DNA of 54,048 bases, from positions 1-54,048 of IMG/VR virus record IMGVR_UViG_3300018719_000034; one strand, written 5' to 3'. This DNA comes from a virus. Taxonomy: Duplodnaviria > Caudoviricetes. Below, one piece after another: positions 9,685 to 19,187 of this stretch (positions are counted from its first letter, which is position 1; each line of letters starts with the position of its first letter). The notes beneath the pieces are model-generated. The model ran no database searches. It saw only the letters and a list, made by a program, of their open reading frames with translations, and had not been told where the DNA came from. Made by a program: the position numbers and the translations under genes.

Positions 9685-10014
9685 CTACTCCCTCCGCTGC
9701 TGGATGACCTCCCGAAGCAGGCTGTCCAGCCGGTCGCCGAGCTTCTCGATCGAGCCCGCTAGCCGCTCCTCAACCTCCCGCAGCACCTCTCGCGACACGA
9801 GCCGTTCCGCCTGTGTGACCTGATAGGCGTTCACGGAAGCCTGGAGGATGGCGATCTTTTCATGTGCCTTGTCGGCTTTCTCTTCGGCCGAGATAGCCCG
9901 CTTTTCGGCTGCCTGTGCTCTCTGCTCTGCCGCGATCAGGAACCTGATGATGCCGAGGGCGGCGCCCCCAATCATGAAGACGGTCGCGAAGCTGATTTCC
10001 CAGTTGAACTGCAT
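9685..10014 (-). CDS. lysis-cassette membrane protein (one TM + coiled coil)
   Basis: N-terminal hydrophobic helix; follows holin and endolysin. Confidence 0.65.
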   Translation of the reverse strand: MQFNWEISFATVFMIGGAALGIIRFLIAAEQRAQAAEKRAISAEEKADKAHEKIAILQASVNAYQVTQAERLVSREVLREVEERLAGSIEKLGDRLDSLLREVIQQRRE

Positions 10015-10016
10015 GC

Positions 10017-10559
10017 TCAGCCACCCGCCTTTCCGGACGGCCGGACGGTCTCGGCAATCGCTCTCACCGTGTCCCCGCTCCGCTTAGAGCCTGCCGACGA
10101 GCCGAGCCAATACTGCACCACGGTCCCAAAGGCCGGGATGAGCGCGCCGAAGAGTACGTTCAAAAGCTGGGCCTGCGACGGGGGGAGATCGGCCCGCACC
10201 ACGAACAGCAATGCCATGACGGCGAAGAAGCCGACGATTACGATCACGGACACGACTGGAGCGCCCCAGGCGGCATTATGGCCTTGACGGGCGAGTTCCA
10301 AGGTCTGTTGCCTGGCGCTCTGCACGTCCTCGACAGCTAGGCGCGTTTCCTCGAGTTGGATCTTCGCCTGCTCGACAAAGGCATGGGCAAGCGTCGGGTC
10401 CATCTGGATCCGGTTTTGCGCCTTCTGCGGGTCGTCCGTGCCGAATACGATTTTGGCAGCGTCGGCCACCTTCCCGGCCGCCGTACCCGCTTTGCCTCCA
10501 GCGAACACGCCGATGAGATCGGGAGCGTATTGCAGTAACAGTCCGATAATGGGGTGCAT
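10017..10559 (-). CDS. putative holin
   Basis: C-terminal TM segments ending FGTVVQYWLGSSAGS; directly after the endolysin. Confidence 0.7.
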   Translation of the reverse strand: MHPIIGLLLQYAPDLIGVFAGGKAGTAAGKVADAAKIVFGTDDPQKAQNRIQMDPTLAHAFVEQAKIQLEETRLAVEDVQSARQQTLELARQGHNAAWGAPVVSVIVIVGFFAVMALLFVVRADLPPSQAQLLNVLFGALIPAFGTVVQYWLGSSAGSKRSGDTVRAIAETVRPSGKAGG

Positions 10560-10569
10560 GGAAGGCCTC

Positions 10570-11244
10570 CTAGCGGATCATTTCCTTGAGGGTTTTGCTG
10601 TCGATGCCGAGGAGCGCGGCCACGGCCACAAGGGCCGCCACAAGGGCGGACATGGCTGCGAGCGCCGCAGCGGAGGGGGCGGGTGTCTCAATGGGCTCGA
10701 TATCAGGAGGCGGCGGGATGTGGTCGGCCGCGGCCGCCATGGCGAGGGCTTCCTTGCGGACGCCTTCCACGCGGCTCGACCAGCCCTTGCCAAACGTGTC
10801 CCAAGTCGCGAGCCCGCGAAGGAAGTTCAGCCGATCGTCACAGATGCGGTTGATGACGGTCGAAGGAGGAACCGCCTTTACGGCTTCCAGGGTCTTGGGC
10901 CCTACGACCCCATCAGCCGGAGCGAGGACGGCTCGCTGGAGCCACTTGGCGGCACGGCTCGGACCCGAGTTCACGGCTGCATCGAACACGCAGAGGTCCA
11001 CCCCGGCGGGCAGATCATCCGCCCTCACCCTGTCCCAATAGTTCTGCTTGTAGATCGGAGTCACGGCGGGCACCGTCAGGGACCGGACCTCGGCCTTCGT
11101 AGCGGGGCGGCCGAGCCACGCCGACAGAGTGCCGATCGTCACGCCCAGGTTCGTAGCACCGCCTGGGTCCTTCGGGTGATCCACATACCCGCCCTCATGC
11201 CTCAGGACGAGCTCCAGCGCCCTCCCGAACGTATCGGTAGCCAT
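10570..11244 (-). CDS. endolysin, GH108 family with peptidoglycan-binding domain and C-terminal hydrophobic tail
   Basis: HEGGYVDHPKDPGGATNLGVT, FDAAVNSG, DGVVGPKT, FGKGW. Confidence 0.9.
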   Translation of the reverse strand: MATDTFGRALELVLRHEGGYVDHPKDPGGATNLGVTIGTLSAWLGRPATKAEVRSLTVPAVTPIYKQNYWDRVRADDLPAGVDLCVFDAAVNSGPSRAAKWLQRAVLAPADGVVGPKTLEAVKAVPPSTVINRICDDRLNFLRGLATWDTFGKGWSSRVEGVRKEALAMAAAADHIPPPPDIEPIETPAPSAAALAAMSALVAALVAVAALLGIDSKTLKEMIR

Positions 11245-11269
11245 GGGTATCCTCTTACTGTTGGACATG

Positions 11270-11294
11270 AAAAAGCCGCCCGGTGAGGGGCGGC
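11270..11294 (-). terminator. intrinsic terminator-like hairpin before the lysis genes
   Basis: GCCGCCC-ctcacc-GGGCGGC followed by TTTTT on the minus strand. Confidence 0.6.
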
Positions 11295-11328
11295 GGGAAC
11301 TCAGGCTAGAGGTATGGCCATCATGGTC

Positions 11329-11612
11329 ACACCTTCGCTTGAAGGGGTGTACCGTCTGGTGCTCCCCTTGCGGTTATGTCTGAGGGGGTACAGTGCACCG
11401 CCTCAGGGCCTCCGCACTATGGAGGCCCTTCGAGGGATACTCGTACTGTGAGTACCCTATCTGCGGGCAGCAAAGGCGAAGGGGTACCGACAGCACAGGC
11501 CCCCCTGTTTAGGATCAGGGCGTCCATAGTGTGGACACTCTAAGGGGTGGGTCTACTATACCGCCCCCTTGCACCGCCAAGCGCCGCCCGAAGTTCTCGG
11601 TGGTCATAGTGC
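11329..11612. repeat. tandem array of AGGG...CCCT hairpins with related 7-nt loops (candidate structured ncRNA or site array)
   Basis: Six hairpins at 11380-11406, 11405-11429, 11433-11458, 11480-11506, 11517-11541 and 11542-11570; loops ACAGTGC, GCACTAT, GTACTGT, ACAGCAC, ATAGTGT, CTACTAT. Confidence 0.65.
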
Positions 11613-11656
11613 CCTCGTGATGGGGGTGTGGAAAAGGCCGCCGAAGCGGGTGGGCC

Positions 11657-13654
11657 TTAGTGCGCGCCTACCGAGGTCAGTCGATGTTGAAGGTAGGGCG
11701 CAAGTGACCGCGAATAAGTGCGTGTGAAGTGCCCTCTATCTCGCCACACGATTACATTCCCGACAACTTCGGGGCAGATCCCGTCCGGACAAAAGGCATC
11801 AATCATATTGACTATTGTTGCGCCAGCTTTGTTTGCAGCCGGCACTATTGGGTCAAAGCGTTCAATTTCCGTCTTTCGCACAAAACAATCTTCGGGGGGC
11901 TTAGTCCCCAAGCACCCTAGCAAATCCTCAGGGAGATTGGGGGTATCCGCCATAACTAGAATACGGGCGCCGCTACGCTTCATTCTCTCAAAAGTTCTGA
12001 AGATCGCTTCCACCATGGTATCATTGTTATGTTCCGGGTACAGGCGTTGAAGCGCTGACTGGCTATAAATGATAAGGTCTGGCTTCTCACTCTCAATCCA
12101 TTTGAGAACATTCTGCCCCCAGACCAAGCATTCAGCGTATTCCTTGCCGAGCCTAACGACAGGCACATCAAGGATCGGGCAAGCTGACTTTGTTTGCAAC
12201 GTTACTCGCCATCGCTGTTGCTCGCTAATGCTACGCAGAGCCGGGAGCCAGTTTGTAGCCTTTGAGTCACCGGCGAGAACTACATGAAAATTTGAGTTTC
12301 GATCGCCAAACTCACACGACCGAACGACTTCGGCAGGCGGGTCAAGGTGGCACTTGTCTCTATAGACGTCGGAGTAATCGCCTCGTGCACTGTGGATTGG
12401 GGGCAAAAACTCGGAAGTCGGCGGGACAGCCGCTTTCTCGAACAGGGCTGCAGCTCCGGGATACAACAGGCGCTTGTCGGTATGTGTGGACGCTACCACG
12501 TTCTGGCTATTGAGGACGCTCAAAGTGAGTAGTGGCACTGCGATACAACTAAAAACAGCGACGACGACGGTGGGAACAAAAGCGAACGGCGGGAGAGTTA
12601 CCTTTCTGTAACGGATAGGATCTTCGATCAATACCTTCGAGGCATAGCCAGCAAGCAATGATGCAGTAAGCAATACAATACCTTCGGCCAGAGAGAGCCT
12701 CTCAAGACCGAATATGCTCAGATAAAATACAATGAGAGGCCAGTGCCACAGGTATACGGAATAGGAAATATCCCCGATCCGCTGGAATGCAGCAGATGAG
12801 AGGACAGGATAAAGAAGGCTGTCTTGCTGATCCCCAGACGCGATCAAGAGGAGCGCCCCGGCGACCGGGAGCACTGCCCAATAGCCTGGGAATGCTGTAC
12901 TTGCGCTAAAAGCGAAGGCCGATGCAAGTATCAAAAGAAGACCCGTGGCGCGCATCGCCCCTGCGAGCACAGCACGGGGTTTCGGGCATGACAATACGGC
13001 TAGAAGCCCGCCAGAACCTAGCTCCCATATACGAGCGTGAGTAGCAAAATATGCATAGGCAGGGTCAGCACGGGTCAGCACTACTGACACAGAAAAGGAC
13101 AGTACAGTTACAACTGCAAGGATCCACAGCAGGAGAGTCAGGAAACTAAGCCTCCGCCAACATTGCGCTATGACTCCAGCGAAAATTACTAACAGAGGCC
13201 AAGCAACATAGAATTGCTCTTCTATGGCAAGAGACCAATAGTGCTGCACCGGGCTAGCTGGGCCATCGGCATTCAAATAGTCTACCGCCATCTCTGCAAG
13301 CCGCCAGTTCTCGACATACAAGGCGCTTGCTACAAGAGATCCCGCTACGTCGCGCATATTTGCTGGTGGGAGCAGAGGCATTGCCAGCCCAACTATCAGC
13401 AGGACAAAAGTAGCGGCTGGTAAGAGCCTACGGATACGCCCCCCATAAAACTTCGCGAGAGATACCTTTCCAGTTGCCTCGATCTGCCTCAGGAGAGCCG
13501 AGGTAATCAGATATCCAGAGATAACGAAGAACACATCGACGCCGACATATCCGCCGGGAAGCACCTCTGGCCAAAGGTGAAATACAAGAACAGAGAGCAC
13601 TGAGACTGCACGCAGGCCCTGAATATCCGACCGAAAGGCGACATTTTCCTTCAT
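11657..13654 (-). CDS. acyltransferase-3/SGNH O-acetyltransferase (OafA-like), lysogenic-conversion moron
   Basis: FRSDIQGLRA, GGYVGVDVFFVISGYLI, HYWSLAIEEQFY, GDS and DxxH SGNH motifs; visibly lower GC than flanks. Confidence 0.92.
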   Translation of the reverse strand: MKENVAFRSDIQGLRAVSVLSVLVFHLWPEVLPGGYVGVDVFFVISGYLITSALLRQIEATGKVSLAKFYGGRIRRLLPAATFVLLIVGLAMPLLPPANMRDVAGSLVASALYVENWRLAEMAVDYLNADGPASPVQHYWSLAIEEQFYVAWPLLVIFAGVIAQCWRRLSFLTLLLWILAVVTVLSFSVSVVLTRADPAYAYFATHARIWELGSGGLLAVLSCPKPRAVLAGAMRATGLLLILASAFAFSASTAFPGYWAVLPVAGALLLIASGDQQDSLLYPVLSSAAFQRIGDISYSVYLWHWPLIVFYLSIFGLERLSLAEGIVLLTASLLAGYASKVLIEDPIRYRKVTLPPFAFVPTVVVAVFSCIAVPLLTLSVLNSQNVVASTHTDKRLLYPGAAALFEKAAVPPTSEFLPPIHSARGDYSDVYRDKCHLDPPAEVVRSCEFGDRNSNFHVVLAGDSKATNWLPALRSISEQQRWRVTLQTKSACPILDVPVVRLGKEYAECLVWGQNVLKWIESEKPDLIIYSQSALQRLYPEHNNDTMVEAIFRTFERMKRSGARILVMADTPNLPEDLLGCLGTKPPEDCFVRKTEIERFDPIVPAANKAGATIVNMIDAFCPDGICPEVVGNVIVWRDRGHFTRTYSRSLAPYLQHRLTSVGAH

Positions 13655-13809
13655 ACGGGTGCCCTTAGCAGATAGCTTTCACGGGTCAAGCAGCTGTGGC
13701 ACCCAGCTTTGCGCAATGTAAGGTAGTTATATTCAGTCGCATACTGCGGGGCCTGAGAGGTGGAACGGGAAGTCAGGCCAGTGGGCTGCTATAGAGCGTT
13801 GCGAGCAAG

Positions 13810-15663
13810 CTAAGACGCCGGCTTCAGCTCGCTTAGGAAGAACGAGAAATCCAAATCCTCACGGGTCGCCGTGCTGCCAACGGTGCCCATTGTCACCTGT
13901 AGGCTGTTAGACGAGGCGACGTAGCGGTATGCTGCACGATCGCTGCCGGCCGCCACCATGGCCACAAAGGCATAATCCGTATGGCCGAGATTGTGCGTGA
14001 TCTGGAAGACGCCGGTCGCCACCTGTGATACAGACCAGCCATTCGGGAGAGTGCCCGTGACGCTGGCACCGAGGCTCCCGCGGACAAATCCCTGGTATGG
14101 CAAACCCTGCCCGATAATCGGAGCTTCGACGGCGTCTTTCCAGCGGTTGCCGACATCGCGCAATTTGGTCTGAGCGGACAGGTTGAGATACTTCCTGCCA
14201 GCATCGGCCACGTAGGTTCCGAGCCGCGAGAACGTGTTCCCCATCAAGTTGAGGTCGATCGCCCCAGCCGTTCTGATGTTGTTGGTGACAAAACTCGTTG
14301 TGCTGATGCGGTTGAAGTTATTGCCGATGAAGGTTGCCGCAACGCGCCCGGCGCCGGCGTTGCTCAGGGACACGTCGAACCCGCCGCGATTGGTCTCGAT
14401 ATAGCACTGCATGAAGGTCGGCCCGGCTTCGCCCGTGGAACCATCCATGCGCAGGAGAACGCCGCCGGTCGAGTTATTGCCCTGCGTGCCGTTGCCCTCG
14501 ATCTGGCACTTGATGAACGATACGCCCGAGGTGTTATCGTACCCGTCGAAGGCCATCGTGAGGTTCTGCCGCCATTCGCAGCCCAAATAGAGATTGGCGT
14601 TCGGCGCACTGTCGCCCTTCTGGGTTTGCGTGCCCTTGTTGTTCGAGGTGAAAGTGAGGCCGGTGAAATTGCTCGACAAACAGCCTTGGTTGAGCAGGCC
14701 GACATGGAGGTTGGTGAAGGTGCACTCGGCCACGGTGAGGAATGCGACATCCTGCAGGAATAGGCCAGTCGCCGTTCGGGGCGTCGGAGTGCCGCCCGCA
14801 AAACCGAGATCCGAAATCGTGATGTGCGCATGCGAGGCCGATGTGAGAGGATTGTCGCCCTGGATATGGAACGTGTTCATCGCGTCCGTGGACGCCTTGA
14901 TGATCGTGTTCCCCTTACCATCACCCTTGATGTTTACGCGGCGGGTATTGGTGTTCGGCTCACCAGTCACGCCGCGCAGGTCGAGGAAAATCTTCTGGTA
15001 GACGCGGTATGTTCCAGCCGTGAAGTGTAGGGTGCCGCCGCGGGCGAAGATAAAATCAAGCGCCGCCTGGGTCGCCGCGCTGTCGTTGGCGCTATTGTCA
15101 CCCTTGGCACCGAACATCTTGACGTTCGGTGATGCTTCCGAGAGTTCCCACCACGCACCATCGGCGCTCTGGAAGTGCCACGCCTCCGCGGGGGACGGCG
15201 CGGGGGTCCTTTTGTAGAGTGCCCTGCCCCCATCGCCTGCGGCCTCGTACCCAGCTGTCATGATGTAGGTACGCGCGGCCGGGATGTTGGACGCCATGGC
15301 CAGAGCCCGAGAGGGATAGGTGGGCACGTCGCCCGCGCCGACAACCGCGGCCTGATCTGCCGCTTGGATTGCCAATTCGGCCGCGGCCTCCGCCTCCTCT
15401 GTAGATGCGGCGACCTCGGCCAGCGCTTCATTTTTGGCCGCTTCAATGGCTGGGATAGCCCCCTCCACTGTGGCGATGCCTTCCTCAAGCTCTGTGGCAA
15501 GACCCCCGAAGACACCGCGAAGTTCTGCCTTTTTCGGGTGGTAGACGCCCGACTGCGGATCACCGACCGGGAGCGGCGCATTGGTCGGCGGGTTCGGCAG
15601 ACCATCGCCCGTGAAGCGGTTGAACTCACGGAAGATCCGGTTGATGTCGTCTGAAGCAGCCAT
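13810..15663 (-). CDS. tail fibre/tailspike with pectate-lyase-like beta-helix
   Basis: NVKMFGAKGDNSANDSAATQAALD motif followed by beta-helix repeats; position after the tail tip gene. Confidence 0.85.
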   Translation of the reverse strand: MAASDDINRIFREFNRFTGDGLPNPPTNAPLPVGDPQSGVYHPKKAELRGVFGGLATELEEGIATVEGAIPAIEAAKNEALAEVAASTEEAEAAAELAIQAADQAAVVGAGDVPTYPSRALAMASNIPAARTYIMTAGYEAAGDGGRALYKRTPAPSPAEAWHFQSADGAWWELSEASPNVKMFGAKGDNSANDSAATQAALDFIFARGGTLHFTAGTYRVYQKIFLDLRGVTGEPNTNTRRVNIKGDGKGNTIIKASTDAMNTFHIQGDNPLTSASHAHITISDLGFAGGTPTPRTATGLFLQDVAFLTVAECTFTNLHVGLLNQGCLSSNFTGLTFTSNNKGTQTQKGDSAPNANLYLGCEWRQNLTMAFDGYDNTSGVSFIKCQIEGNGTQGNNSTGGVLLRMDGSTGEAGPTFMQCYIETNRGGFDVSLSNAGAGRVAATFIGNNFNRISTTSFVTNNIRTAGAIDLNLMGNTFSRLGTYVADAGRKYLNLSAQTKLRDVGNRWKDAVEAPIIGQGLPYQGFVRGSLGASVTGTLPNGWSVSQVATGVFQITHNLGHTDYAFVAMVAAGSDRAAYRYVASSNSLQVTMGTVGSTATREDLDFSFFLSELKPAS

Positions 15664-15726
15664 AGAAAAACCCATGCGAAAGCGCCCGCGGAAGCGGGGC
15701 GGGTGGACAAGAGGGGGTGGAGTTTT

Positions 15727-17760
15727 TTAGAGAGTGACCGTCACTGGCCCTGTGGGGGCAGACGGGGTTGCGGCGACATTGACCGCGCGGACCCAGTAGC
15801 GCCTGGTTCCGGTGCCTGGGGCGGAGTCGGTAAAGAACGCCTCGGCGCCTGCCGCGCCATAGACTTCGGCAATCTTGGTCGCCGCACTGAAGGTCGTGGT
15901 CGTGCCGCGATAAACTTCCGTGTAGTAGAAGCCGGTTGTATCTGGATTATCCCAGGAGAGGTTGACCGCACCGCCTGCGACAACGGCCGACAGGTCGGTC
16001 GGGGCTGCTGGTGTGGGCGGGTTGATCGTGACCTTGATCTCACGCGTCGGGGACCACGGGCCGGCCGTGCCCTGCGATGTTCGCCACCGCGCCCGAACCT
16101 GATAGGTCTTGCCGTCATCGACCAGGCCGGAGAACGCTTCCAGAGACCCGGAGGCGACATCCATCTTCTCCCACTGGTCTCCGGCGAGCCTGTATTCGGC
16201 GTCGAGTTGGAGATCCTCACGGCTGGGAGCGGCGACACGGGCCCGGATGGCGGAACCCGTTATGGTGCTCGTGATCGTGCGGTTGACGAGGCGCAGAGCC
16301 GGCGTCACGGGCGTCTCAAGCGTCAGGTCAGGGCGAGTATCCTGTGCCGGAGGCGGAGCGTCGAGCTCTTCCGTTGCCGGGTTCCACGCATAAGCAGACG
16401 AGTTCAGAGCCGAGATGGAGATTTCGCACCCCGTCAGGTCCGGCCGGATCGAGAAGCCTAGAACAAGGAATGTATCGTCGATCTCCAGTTCCGGCAGCAC
16501 AACGCGGATGGTGCGTTCGCCCAAGGCATTCAGGCCGGCCAGATTGGTCGTGATCGTGCCACGCCAGCGCGGGTTGCTCTTGGCGATATGGATCTTGGCG
16601 AGACGCCGCGCCTGCGAGGCCGAAGGCACGAGATCGAGAGCGAGGTCACTTGTCAGCGGCCCTTGTTCAGCCTGCGCCGCGAGGTCGACCCATGCCGCCG
16701 CTTCCGTCGTCTGATAGTCGTGCTGCGGTGACGTGTAGAGTACCTTCAGCTCATTGAAGGCAGCAAACCTGTTGTTACCCTGCTCAAGCTGATGGGCGAG
16801 GATGTCCTTCTCTTCGATGGTGACGGTTGGAGGCGTCCAGACGCCGCCGCGAATGGCGATCTTGCCCTCTGCCGTCTGATAGAGCTCCGCATCGCAGGCG
16901 GCTCGCATGCGGTCGAGCACGTCCTGCGGGTCCTCCGTCAGAGAATAGATCCCCCAGATGCGATAGCGCTCCTCGGTGCCCCCGCCCTTGAGCGGAATGT
17001 GCTCATCGCACACATTCGCAAAGGCGCGGAAGCTTTCCAGGTCGATATCCGACAGGCTGCGCTTGTAGCCGTCAGGGCTGGTCAGATAGTCCAGGATGCA
17101 AAGCGCCGCGTTGTCGCTCCAGGCTGTAACACCCGTGCGCGGATCATAGACCTTGGAGAGCCGCGCCACGACGCGCACGGGCGTGTTGTAGCCTTCGGGG
17201 AAGACGGCCTGATACTCCTCTGCCGGAGGCGACCGGAAGTTCGAAACGTAGTAGGCAATACCCCGCAACCGATGCGCGGTCGTCCAGATCCCCGGGAAGC
17301 CATCCATGAGAACCGGATCCGCTGCCTGATTGGACGTTCCGAGATGCCCGAACAGGCGCACATATTTGCCGTCAAACGGCTTGTTGGTCACAAAGCCCGT
17401 CGATGCCACATCAACGCGGCGGTCTCCGACCCACCATTGCTCGATAGCGTCCACTTCGCCGGAATGGAACATCACGGCTTGATACAGGTTCATGCCGCGG
17501 CTTTCCCAGAAGGCTCGCGTGCCCGCCAGTTTGGCGCGGCCATAGCCCCTGATGCGGTCGCCTACAGCTTGATTGAGCGTCGCCTGTGCCTGTGGCGTCT
17601 TGCCGACCGGTAGCTTAGTCCGTGTCAGCCCCGACAAGGCAACGCTTGCGCCGATGGCGAGCGCGCCGCCAATCAGAGAGGCGGTCGACATGCCAAGGAT
17701 TGTTGCCGGCAGCAGGAGAGCGCTTGCGATGAAGCCGCCAATTACAGTGAAGATAGCCAT
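15727..17760 (-). CDS. tail tip/host-specificity protein (J-like) with fibronectin III domains
   Basis: YGRAKLAG, HRLRGIAY, WSDNAALCILDY, YQVRARW, YWVRAVN. Confidence 0.85.
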   Translation of the reverse strand: MAIFTVIGGFIASALLLPATILGMSTASLIGGALAIGASVALSGLTRTKLPVGKTPQAQATLNQAVGDRIRGYGRAKLAGTRAFWESRGMNLYQAVMFHSGEVDAIEQWWVGDRRVDVASTGFVTNKPFDGKYVRLFGHLGTSNQAADPVLMDGFPGIWTTAHRLRGIAYYVSNFRSPPAEEYQAVFPEGYNTPVRVVARLSKVYDPRTGVTAWSDNAALCILDYLTSPDGYKRSLSDIDLESFRAFANVCDEHIPLKGGGTEERYRIWGIYSLTEDPQDVLDRMRAACDAELYQTAEGKIAIRGGVWTPPTVTIEEKDILAHQLEQGNNRFAAFNELKVLYTSPQHDYQTTEAAAWVDLAAQAEQGPLTSDLALDLVPSASQARRLAKIHIAKSNPRWRGTITTNLAGLNALGERTIRVVLPELEIDDTFLVLGFSIRPDLTGCEISISALNSSAYAWNPATEELDAPPPAQDTRPDLTLETPVTPALRLVNRTITSTITGSAIRARVAAPSREDLQLDAEYRLAGDQWEKMDVASGSLEAFSGLVDDGKTYQVRARWRTSQGTAGPWSPTREIKVTINPPTPAAPTDLSAVVAGGAVNLSWDNPDTTGFYYTEVYRGTTTTFSAATKIAEVYGAAGAEAFFTDSAPGTGTRRYWVRAVNVAATPSAPTGPVTVTL

Positions 17761-18191
17761 CAGAGCACCTTCGCCCAGGCAATTTCGGAGCGGGCAAAGC
17801 CCTTGCGTTCGAGAATGAGAGCCGGGCCTTCGGCGCCGGGAGGGGTCGACATGCGGATGGCGAAGCAGCCCTTGTCGCGCGCCCATTGCTCATAGCGGGC
17901 GAGCAGCTGGCCGCCGACGCCGCGGGCATGCGGTTCGACGTACCAGCCGTGTTCGATTGCTACCGGCGCGGGCGAGATTGATGACGTGCCGATGGAGGCA
18001 ATCAGCATACCGACGGTCTCGCCATCCTTTTCCGCCACAAGTGCTAGACCGTCGGCGTGCGCCAGGAGGGCCTGCACGAAGCCCTCGGTGAAGGCGCGGT
18101 ACATGGGGATGACAATCCCGGCTACCTCATGCAGGCGCGCGGTCATGTCGAGGATGGCCGGGATGTCGGCGGGAGTAGCAAGGCGGATCAT
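17760..18191 (-). CDS. GNAT-family acetyltransferase within the tail operon
   Basis: MIRLATPADIP, WYVEPHARGVGGQLL acetyl-CoA motif, LERKGF; overlapping start/stop with both neighbours. Confidence 0.8.
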   Translation of the reverse strand: MIRLATPADIPAILDMTARLHEVAGIVIPMYRAFTEGFVQALLAHADGLALVAEKDGETVGMLIASIGTSSISPAPVAIEHGWYVEPHARGVGGQLLARYEQWARDKGCFAIRMSTPPGAEGPALILERKGFARSEIAWAKVL

Positions 18192-18829
18192 GCAATGCCT
18201 CCACCCGATGCGAGCGCCAGTCCCGCGGCAAAGAGCCAAGCGAAAACGGGCCAGCGGATCGTCTTGGTGACGAGGTTCGTGACCTGCTCGAGCCCCCTAT
18301 CTCCCGGGAACCGAGCGTTCTGGTCGCGATCGGTATAGAGCCCATAGGCGGGGCGACGGCGGTTGACCCACAGGCTTTCGGCCGTCACCGAGACGCTGCG
18401 GGCTGTCGGGCCTTCAGCGGCATAGGACATCTGATCCATCAGCCCCGACCAGACGGCGAAAGGCTGATCGAGGTTCGTCCAGGGCTGCACACCGGCATTG
18501 TCCGGCGTGGCGTCGAAAAATTGAATGTAGACCGTTACACGACGGTCTTTCACACGGTCTGACGCCTGCCGAGCGAGGGTTACGATGGTGGAGTCGACAC
18601 CCGACAATGTGAACGTGGCCTTCGGGGCGACCGTGCCGATCGGCTGGTCGAGGCCGCTTACCGAGATGAGCTCTCCGGTCCCCTGCCAGGTCTGGCCGCC
18701 TGCCTGAAGCGGCCCGAAACCTGGCCACCAGCGGCGGGGCGCGTTCTTGAAGTCCATGAACACGAGGAGCGATGCGGCAATCGTGCGGCCAGAGAGTTTG
18801 GCCGCGATAGTCTGCGGGAAGAAGCCCAT
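18188..18829 (-). CDS. minor tail protein (gpL/hub-like)
   Basis: WQGTGELISV, YTDRDQNARFPGDRGLE; position. Confidence 0.75.
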   Translation of the reverse strand: MGFFPQTIAAKLSGRTIAASLLVFMDFKNAPRRWWPGFGPLQAGGQTWQGTGELISVSGLDQPIGTVAPKATFTLSGVDSTIVTLARQASDRVKDRRVTVYIQFFDATPDNAGVQPWTNLDQPFAVWSGLMDQMSYAAEGPTARSVSVTAESLWVNRRRPAYGLYTDRDQNARFPGDRGLEQVTNLVTKTIRWPVFAWLFAAGLALASGGGIA

Positions 18830-18884
18830 TTTTGTCTCTGGTTAACCGCTTGGGGGCTAGCTTGATTGCACGGGAGAAGCGGCC

Positions 18885-19133
18885 ATGAAGCAGTCTGAGT
18901 TATTCAGCATATCGACCTTTGCCACCACGCAGTTCAGCTTCAGGCTCTGCGAGATGCTGGTAGCAAAGGGGATACTAACTCAGGCCGAGGCCTCAAGGAT
19001 CATGGTCCAGACTGCCGATGATTTACGCTCGGCGACCGAAGACGATCATATGAAAGCCGCTGGAGAAACTGTTGCGCGCACCTTTGAAAAGATGGCCGCG
19101 TGGCTTCAAGGAGATCCTGGCGAAGGTCTCTGA
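18885..19133 (+). CDS. antisense moron, hypothetical protein
   Basis: 82-aa ORF with GGAG RBS in an intergenic gap, opposite to the tail genes. Confidence 0.65.
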   Translation: MKQSELFSISTFATTQFSFRLCEMLVAKGILTQAEASRIMVQTADDLRSATEDDHMKAAGETVARTFEKMAAWLQGDPGEGL

Positions 19134-19187
19134 AGGCGGCTTTGATGTCCTGGCTGCTCGGGCTGTACACGGGGCGCTCCTGCTGCA

